Assembly (NCBI RefSeq): GCF_009914755.1
Contig: NC_060925.1
Source of the DNA: the human T2T-CHM13v2.0 reference genome, Homo sapiens
Reading direction: 5' to 3' (one strand)
Length of the DNA: 64,000 nucleotides
Both the position numbers and the translations under genes were made by a program. The notes beneath the pieces are model-generated. The model worked only from the letters and a program-made list of their open reading frames with translations, searched no databases and was not told where the DNA came from. Of the stretch, positions 53,326-64,000 are shown piece by piece (position 1 is the first letter of the stretch; each line of letters opens with the position of its first letter).

Positions 53326-54209
53326 TGCTACTTCCATGATTATGATAAGCAATAATTATAGGATTGGGTTTTTAAAGTTTGTATGGTAAGAGCAATACAT
53401 ATACTGGGCTAGAGAGGAATAAGTGAAAAGGTCTCTTGAGAAAAGCTTCACTTTATTTTGAACTTCATTATGCACTTGCCACTGATGGGAAGTTAAAAAG
53501 ATTTTTTTAGCTTGCAGTGCACCACAGGTTAACAGACGATGTGATATTGGCTCAATTATATATTTCATCATCAATCCTAATATTATGACACAGAAACAGG
53601 TGGGCGAGAATGTGGCAGCATTCATTTTTATTATACAATTTCTATGTTATTTATTGTAATATAGTGATTATTGCAAATGCCATTTCATATAGTTTAGCAT
53701 TATCACTAAATATGTGACATTTTCTCAAAAACAGAGTAAGGGCACAGCTAGAATTTATTAATAGCATACTAAAATATTCATTTCTTCCTTTTTATTAAAG
53801 TATTTTTTGTCACTCACAATGATTTAATAAAATGAAAAAACTTTTCTTGAGTCATGGAAAAAGAGCAATAATTTTAGTTTTAATTCCACAACGAGCTATT
53901 GAGCAACCATTTGGTTCCAGTTGTATACAGGGAACTAAATTGGCAAAATAAACAGACAATATAGTCTCCAACTCACTGTACCATCAAATCAAATATTAGC
54001 TTTGTGACACAAGCCAAATTATTTAACAAATCTAAGCTTTAATTTTCCCACATGCTAAGTATTCAATTAAAATGTATGTTCAATAAGGTTTACTAATATG
54101 ATAAAAGATAATGCTATATTATAAAACACTGTTTTTTTTATTCTATTCTCCCTCTGTTTTCTCATTCTATTATTTTGTGCAGTAATATTGATTTGGCACA
54201 TGAAATGCC

Positions 54210-54960
54210 CAAAATGGCTATTAAGCTGTCTTCACTTCTGATTCACTGGGTCCATGGTTGAAGCATTTCACCCTTGGATCCCAGATATTTTAAATCCATT
54301 GTGCCCCAAAGCATGAGGACAAAAATTAACATTTTTGAAGTAGATAATGAGGTGTGTTGGTGAAATGAGCCACTTATATCTACATCTTTTGATTCTTGAA
54401 CCAATGCATTTTTTTTTTTTACTGAAGGAAATCCTCCCCCAAATATTGACTGTTGTTTTCAGACACGCTGATACTGCATCCTGTAGATACCCCAACCCTT
54501 AGAATGTTGTCCCCATTCTAGGCATGAAATTGAGTCTTCATCAGACCATTCAACATTTCTATCAAGCTCACTGCTTCTGGGTGATGGGGCTCTCTGAAAG
54601 ACCAGTGGATTCTACTTATATTGGCACATTTCTTCATAATAAAATAAAACTTTGTGTGTATTATCCAATAACAGAAAAGACATTTTCTAAGTCTACAATG
54701 ATGATGTTAGCAAAGTCAGTAGGCAGAGAACACAAATCCATAACTGGAAGTGTGACTCTTGCTATGGGCACAACGCACTGCTCTTCCCATGACAGGAAGG
54801 ATCAAATGTAATCAATGCACCAGCTAGTAACTTGCTGAGACACATTGTGTGCACTGGTATAAAAATAACTTCCTGAGATTGAGGGTAAAGAATCCTGATT
54901 TGTATTTTTCATTGATTCCATTCTCACCATGGTGAATTTCATGCTACCAACGTGATATCA
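54210..54960 (-). mobile_element. ERVL-class internal pol (integrase) fragment, heavily decayed
   Basis: Minus-strand relics PHHPEAVSLIE (54557-54590), LQDAV (ORF 54268-54495), and DYI..F near 54800 and GYGF near 54740 match the ERVL integrase core. Frameshifted. Confidence 0.78.
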
Positions 54961-57900
54961 CTAAAAATAAAAATGAGAAGAGAAAGGTACAATTTGCTTT
55001 TGAGATCTGGCAGGAGCTAGTTACAGCACACCACTGCGCTTGGCAGTTTTGTAAGTTCAGTTGCAGCAGTAGCTATATCAAGTATAGTTAGGGGAAGACC
55101 TTTTAAAAAATATTTTTGGAGACTATCCCTGTGCTTCTCAAATAAATAAGCAACCAATTCCAGAATTCATCTTGAGTATCACTTTCCTGGGGCATGAAGA
55201 GCATGCAAAAGGGTAAATAGGGATGTATAGGGCAAATAGAAAACATCAGGAACATATAGAATGCCTAACTACATCTAGTAGTGAGTGATTTAGGATGGGA
55301 CTCTGAGCAATATGACTCAAAAGTCCATCATCTAAAACCATACCTCATTTATTTCATCAAGGCCCTATAAAATATTAAATATAATTTAATAATCCCTGAG
55401 ATGTATATGGATATAGATATACATGTAAATATATGTTTATAAAGGTGATGCAACTTATCTGGAGTAGTATAAAAATGTATGGTTCAATACATTCTAGCAC
55501 ACAGTGACTTCTATGCTATACAAAACGTAAGGTCCCATATCGTCAAAGTGTTCTGTTTGCTGTTATGGCTACTCTGAATGCCAGGTGGGTAGGGACAAAT
55601 TTGTGGCACTAGTGATTATTCTGGTGTTGCTTGTTTAGAAACGTGAAACATAAATATACTGTGGATTAATAGAGGGGTCCAAGTTAGATTAGATAAATTT
55701 TAAAAAATAAAATATATTGACATTTATGAACTTCAAGAAAAACGATATATTCAGCAGTTTAAATTGGGCAAGTTTATATCTCTAAGATTGCTTGAAATAT
55801 CTAGCTCTGGTAAAGACAAAATATTACCCAGTATCTACTAATAAAGTTTTAGTCTTGAGTATTAAACTTATCCTAAATAAATATAATTCCCTTTGGTTGT
55901 TTTAGATTCTTTACAAATTTGTGAAATGCTCCTTTAGTAAACCATGCTACATTATTATTCATCCCAACTCACAAAGCTAAAGGAAAAAAAAATTAGAACA
56001 CCAAAGGACCAAAATTAGTCAAATAGCTTCACAGAGACTTTTATTCCATACTAAATACAATGTTCTAACACACCTTAAGAATTGGTCACCTTCCTTTCTG
56101 CCCTTTCTCCGCATTGTGAAATTTTAACTGTGTGATCTCTCTGTCTTTGTCTTGAGTTATTGGCTGTGAATTGTATCTTCATTTTAGTGACAATTGATAG
56201 ACCAGGGGAGGGGCTGCAGCCAATAGTTGAACCTCTGTGGGGGAACTGCAAAGATGAGGGAGTGACCTGAGTTGTTAATTACATTCCTGAGAGCAGAGGA
56301 CAGAGCTCCTGGTTGATGACAAAAGCTTTTCCCTGATTTTCTAGAAGTTAATCCAGTTAGATAAGACCTTGCCTTTGCAATATTATTAGACCTAGGAAGA
56401 AAGTACAGACAACTCTATTACAGAAGCCAACATGCGATACGGAAAGTCTGAAAATTATCAAAACAGTGACGTAAGATTTACATGCATTATTAATTTCCCT
56501 TAGGCTCAAACATTATTAATTTGTAAGTAGTCTTGAAGTTCATCACTTAATAATATAAATAAGACATTATTGTCAATTCTGAGCATTAGAGGAAAAAATG
56601 GCAACATCATAGGATACTGCTTGTAAAGCTGGGATACTACTTACAAGCTTTAGCTTCTCCACAATATAAAGTAAAATACACTTTTAATTAAAATCATTTT
56701 AACATAGGAAAATGCACTTCTTTCATGTTTTAAGAATAGAAACAAAAGATACCCTCAAAAATATTATTGATTTTTTTCTACTATGTGATTTCTTGATTAT
56801 AATTTTGATTTATTCATGTAATTTTATGTCATTGTATTACATGTCAAAATTTCAAATGTGGGTCACTTTTACTACAGGAATAAAGTTGACTTGATTAATA
56901 TTATTTTTACTGAAGAAGTAGGAATGTAAAAGCAGGCACTGCAATTGTTGACATGTAATCAATGTTGTTTCAGAAACAGCTTATGTTTGGAAAAAAAGAA
57001 CGCAATAATTTTGTACTAAAATTTAGAAAAGTGGTGAGAATAAGTTATGTATTTTATTTTAGATAGTTTTTCAAGAATGGAAAATGTTTTTCACAATTCT
57101 CCTATTTCGCTTTGTAATTGATACTGGGATATAAGCAACATGATAACTTTAGCCATGAAAAGGGTATGAATAAACATGCCTATTTACATATGTATATTTA
57201 TTTGTATATGTGTGTTTGTTATATGTGTTTACTTTTATTATTATTTTAGCATAATTTCAGAGCAAAAATAATTGTCAAATGCATAGTACAAATATCCCAA
57301 TTTGATTTCTAACAGTAAATATTCTGTGATTTAAGAAATATATGATGTTATTTCTAAAACTATAAGCTGCTTAGGAAATGAGAATCAAATGAAACAAACA
57401 AATCATTATTACTTTGGGCTTTCAGGGTAGCTGTGCTAATAAATCATTATTTTATTTGTATTATGTGTTCCAATTTCTTTTTATTTTCATGTTCTCTATG
57501 TTCATTGACATTCTTCTGCATCAAGGAAGAAATTAAACTAAAATACTCAACAAATATTTATTACACTTGCTTCTAATCATCCACTTTACTTTCTTTCCTC
57601 TTTTCTCCTGCAATTCTTAGGTTCAAAAATCTGCCTTAAATATGCTGACTATATATGATAATAAGTGAATATTTTCTTCCTCATATCTTTGACTCAATAT
57701 TTTTGCATCATATTTATCTAGTCATTTGAAGTTATAACTCTAAATGTTGAACAACTTCCATAAACATAAAATCTTACTGGAAAATAGAATGAACCAGTCA
57801 TCTGGTTAAATTAGGTCTGTCTTCATTGTTCCCAAGAATGACATTATAGTCTTTATTTCTTTTTTATTTTGCCAACACTGTCATAGTTTCCTTCCTTATT

Positions 57901-58499
57901 TACATTTGTACAAATCTCAAGTCCTGCTGTCTCTATGAGGTTTCACTAACATGAGTTCAAACTATTTTCTTTCATTTTGCATGAATAAAATATATGGAGC
58001 AGTTTGACATTTGCTTATATACCTTTATACAGTTCTTTTTCTCCTATGCATTCATTGTTACTGGATTAATGCTCAATTAGCTCTGGTTTCTCATGGAATA
58101 ACTTCAATGTTAAGATTTAGTTATTCAGATAACATTTATTCTGCACCAAATAATGAATCCCATAGCGAACTAAACATATAGATAAGGTACAGTTTCTGAG
58201 CTCAAGAAGTTTATAATCTAATAAAATACCATTTTAAATATCTTCTTATTATCAGATAGAAACTAAATGAGTATATAGAAAGAAGTAAGTAAATCAGTTG
58301 ATGTTTGCAAGAGTTTAAAAAATGTGTATTAAGGTTAATGTCTAAATATAATGTATCATAAAAACATACAAACATAGGGATAAAATATTTTGGATCTTGC
58401 ATGGAGATGAATTTATTCATCAAAGAGCATACATGTATTCATCCTTTATTTCTGAAATAAGTGTATATACCTTAAGTTTTCTGAAACCTTTAGATGGGA

Positions 58500-58961
58500 G
58501 TTTTGCTTGACTTACAACGTCAACTGTGAGACATCTCAGAAATTGTGTTAGAAAAGACACTTTTGATAAAATTAGGACTTTTTCTGGGTGACTTCGGGGA
58601 GGATCCAAGGAATCAAGAGCTTGTATTAAGTTGAATGATGTCAGGGTATCTCAGTAAATGTTCCCTCTGTAGAGGGCAGACTAGGGTCAAGGTAAACTAT
58701 AATTAGTAAATAGGCATCAGTCAACCATTCATATTATCCCTGAGAGATGTTTATTGTTTTGTGTCTTAGAAAATGTTTACATTTTTTATTGTTGCTCAGA
58801 CAGGATCACAGAGTGCTCCTGTTATCTTTTCCTGTCCCGGTCACAGAGTGATCTTTTCTGATTGGATGCTCTGTAGATCTAACTTCAATAGGAGAACACC
58901 GAAGTCTAGCTGAAGTATTAGGCCAGCTCCTGAATGTCAGGGGCTGCTTTTCTCATTCTCA
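58500..58961 (-). mobile_element. MER31/MER67-like ERV1 solo LTR
   Basis: Minus strand starts 'tgagaatgagaaaagcagcccctgacattcaggagctggcc..gctagacttcggtgttctcctattgaa'. Confidence 0.7.
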
Positions 58962-59052
58962 GTAATGGAGCTTAAGGGAGTAAAATTACTTTTATTTTGA
59001 TTGCTAGAAGCTGTACATGGATCACACTGCATATGAAACATCAGGATGCTCA

Positions 59053-59409
<357 letters not shown>

Positions 59410-61239
59410 TTATCTTGGAGATACAGGTAGAAGATTATTTTGGCGGTGGTTAAAAAAAGGCATTCATTTAAAAATATATTAGAAATAGATATAATTCATG
59501 AGTAATTGGTTGTACTAATGTTGTTGCTGTAATTTTATTTAATTTTTGTTTAATACAGGGTAAAAGTCAGAGATTCATTATAATTTTAAGCCTTCATAAC
59601 ATAATTGTATATTTACAAATCTTTCTTCTTACAGACTTTTATACAAACTCATTCAAGATGTGGAAACAACTGGCAATGGATTCAACAGCTCAGATTTAAT
59701 ATGTTTTTTGTTTTGGTATATTATAACATAGAGTTAGCCATTGAAAATGAATTTCTTCCTAAAGGCAAATTGCTGTTTTGATGCTTGAAATCAAATCTGG
59801 CATTGCATTTATGTAGTGTGGCTTATTATTCTAACATTTGGAATGAGAAAACTGAGGCAGCAGGCTGTTATATGTTTTGCCTGAAGACTTGATGAACTGC
59901 AAAAACCTATTACTGTTATGTTTTATATGCTGAGCCCTGTTTCACAATTTCAGTTATTAAAAGAAAAGATTTTCAAAACTATTACTATTTTTTAATGACA
60001 ACTAGTTGAATTAGTAAAATGAACAAATAGTCTGTGACTGTACAACCATAAGTAAATATTTTCCTGTGCTCAATTTGTTTGTATGTACAGAAGCAGCTTA
60101 ATGAGAAAGCATATTTAAAATCATGCACATTATTTATTTTCTTTGATAGGATATATATAACTTTACAATTTAATATTTTTCACCATCCATTAAGTATCTT
60201 GTGTTGAAAATCTTAGAACAAGTGATCACATTTTGCTAGATACCATGATTTGAAGATGAATATTTTCACATTTTACCTTTTTTCAGTGTATGTGCACCTG
60301 TATTTTTCCAGTGGCTGTCATGCAGTGATCTCTAACCTGTGTCTTCAAAAGCCTTGAGATTAGAATCAATACTGCATTGTTTTCAAATTGAGCCATCTTA
60401 GAATTTTTTTTCATGTCATGTTAACTATAAAAATATTTTTAAAAGTTCTCCTTTGTGCTCTACCATTTGTTTGTATGTTTTCTAATTACCACAAAAAAAT
60501 TGATAAAATACCCAAAGTCCAAAATTTGCCAATAACTTAAATGTTTTACACATGCTGTCTGACCCAGAATATTTAATTAAAGCACAATTTTCATTTTTAA
60601 GTTGTATTTTTAATTTTGTTTTTGTTTGTTTGTTACAGGCATGTAGTTATATTATGCCACTGCGCTACATTCATTTCAGCCTTTATTTCTTTGGTGATAA
60701 GTTTCCTAGTTTCTGACCTCCCAATGTTTTTGCTACAGGCTTTGGAAATACATAAAAATGTATCATAGATTTCTGCTTTATTTTAATATGTTTAGAAGAA
60801 TCGGCTCTCACAAACAATTTCAATCATTGTATCCGGCAGAAGCTGTTAGTTCTTTAAGGCAAAGATTGTCTTCACATTCCTAAGACTTATTACAATGCCT
60901 ACCTTATTGCAGATGTTCTTTCTATAATGTATTTAAAAGATCAATGAATGAAACAAAAAATTGATAATTTTCAATGTTATCTCTGATACTTAATTTACAT
61001 ATAAACAATTTAAATGTAAAATTACATTTCAAGATAATTGACAATGTGTTTGATTTTTTAAAAAGTCAGTAGATTTAATTACAGTTAATTAATATTAATA
61101 CTAATTTTGTGCTAAAGGTACAATATTTGACTCATACTAATGAAAACTCCAGTAGAAAATAAGGTAAAGGAATATTGAACACCCACAAGCATGAAGCATA
61201 CAAACATAGATTAAATCATCTACATGAGAATAAATTACT

Positions 61240-61780
61240 TTGCTTTTCCTCTAACCCCATTTGCAATCCAGTCTCTTTTCTTAGTCAGTAAATGTAATCA
61301 TTATTCATCATATTTTTAATCCAGTAAACTGAAAAATATTTTATTAATTTATCCCTACATACATCTAAACATATTAGCATGTTTTAATATTATATTTCCA
61401 AAATGTATCAAATACATCTTCTTCATTACACATCACTACCATCATTTAATTCAGGTTAGTGTTTACATATTTGAAAAATATTTGAAAAATCATATTGGAA
61501 CTATTTTCCTTACTGTCATTTTATCCACCTGTACTCCTTCCTAAGAAACACAAATGGTCTATTAAGATGCAAATTAAGAAATGCAAGTTTTTCATTTAAA
61601 AATTCATCAATAAATTTCCATTAAATTTATAGTAAAATTTAGATCCCTAACCATAATCAACACAGACCCTCTGCCTCTTTCTAAAATCTCATCTTATTTC
61701 ACTCATCCTTTTCACTAAGGCTCAAGTATAGGAGTGTTGCTAGTTTCTTTAATAAACCAATTTCATACACATTTTCACAG
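61240..61780 (+). mobile_element. L2 fragment
   Basis: 'tcagtaaatgtaatcattattcatc', 'catcactaccatc' and 'taaaatttagatccctaaccat'. Confidence 0.5.
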
Positions 61781-61805
61781 AAATGAAAGCAGATCCCAAT
61801 GCAAT

Positions 61806-63880
<2,075 letters not shown>

Positions 63881-63883
63881 GTG

Positions 63884-64000
63884 GAAGGGCAGAGTAATAC
63901 TCTTTACTCTTACCACATGGTCACTGAAGATGTCTATGACCTAATGCCTGAAAACTGTGATATGTATACATGGCAAAGGGGAATTACAGTTTCAGATGCA
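63884..64000 (+). mobile_element. MLT1D-like LTR 5' part, running off the window end
   Basis: 'aagatgtctatgacctaatgcctgaaaactgtgatatgtatacatggcaaaggggaatta..cagatg'. Confidence 0.65.

Noticed and set aside
59635-59790. Strong-looking acceptor 'tttcttcttacag' as the start of a coding exon
   Set aside because: No frame gives a recognisable peptide and there is no good downstream donor. Kept only as a possible non-coding acceptor.

Overview
AT-rich, CpG-depleted primate genomic DNA, most likely human or another ape (it carries AluY, an L1PA4-like 3' end and an ERV9 LTR12). I find no protein-coding exon, tRNA, rRNA, CpG island or CRISPR array. The ORFs I could place are L1 ORF1/ORF2 relics, Alu or LTR read-throughs, microsatellite translations, or a decayed ERVL integrase; the rest look like chance short ORFs. 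The window is mostly a layered transposon fossil record. Main elements: a near full-length L1MA (~1064-8760) carrying MER44 and AluSp insertions; a solo LTR12 inside an LTR33-type LTR; an Alu inside an Alu; an MLT2A2-like LTR; a twin-primed inverted L1MA; a triple nest of L1, MLT1A0 and the piggyBac MITE MER85; and many L1M, L2, MIR and MaLR fragments. I cannot demonstrate a new biological system here. The best leads are regulatory or non-coding: a probable AmnSINE1 relic in unique sequence (~53195-53325), a 24-bp-stem hairpin (45042-45095), a MER85 with an extended PGBD3-binding palindrome, LTR promoters that retain DUX4-like or NF-Y motifs, candidate lncRNA exons, and several templated-insertion repair scars. 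Subfamily names come from my recall of consensus sequences and need RepeatMasker/Dfam confirmation. Boundaries of old elements are approximate.
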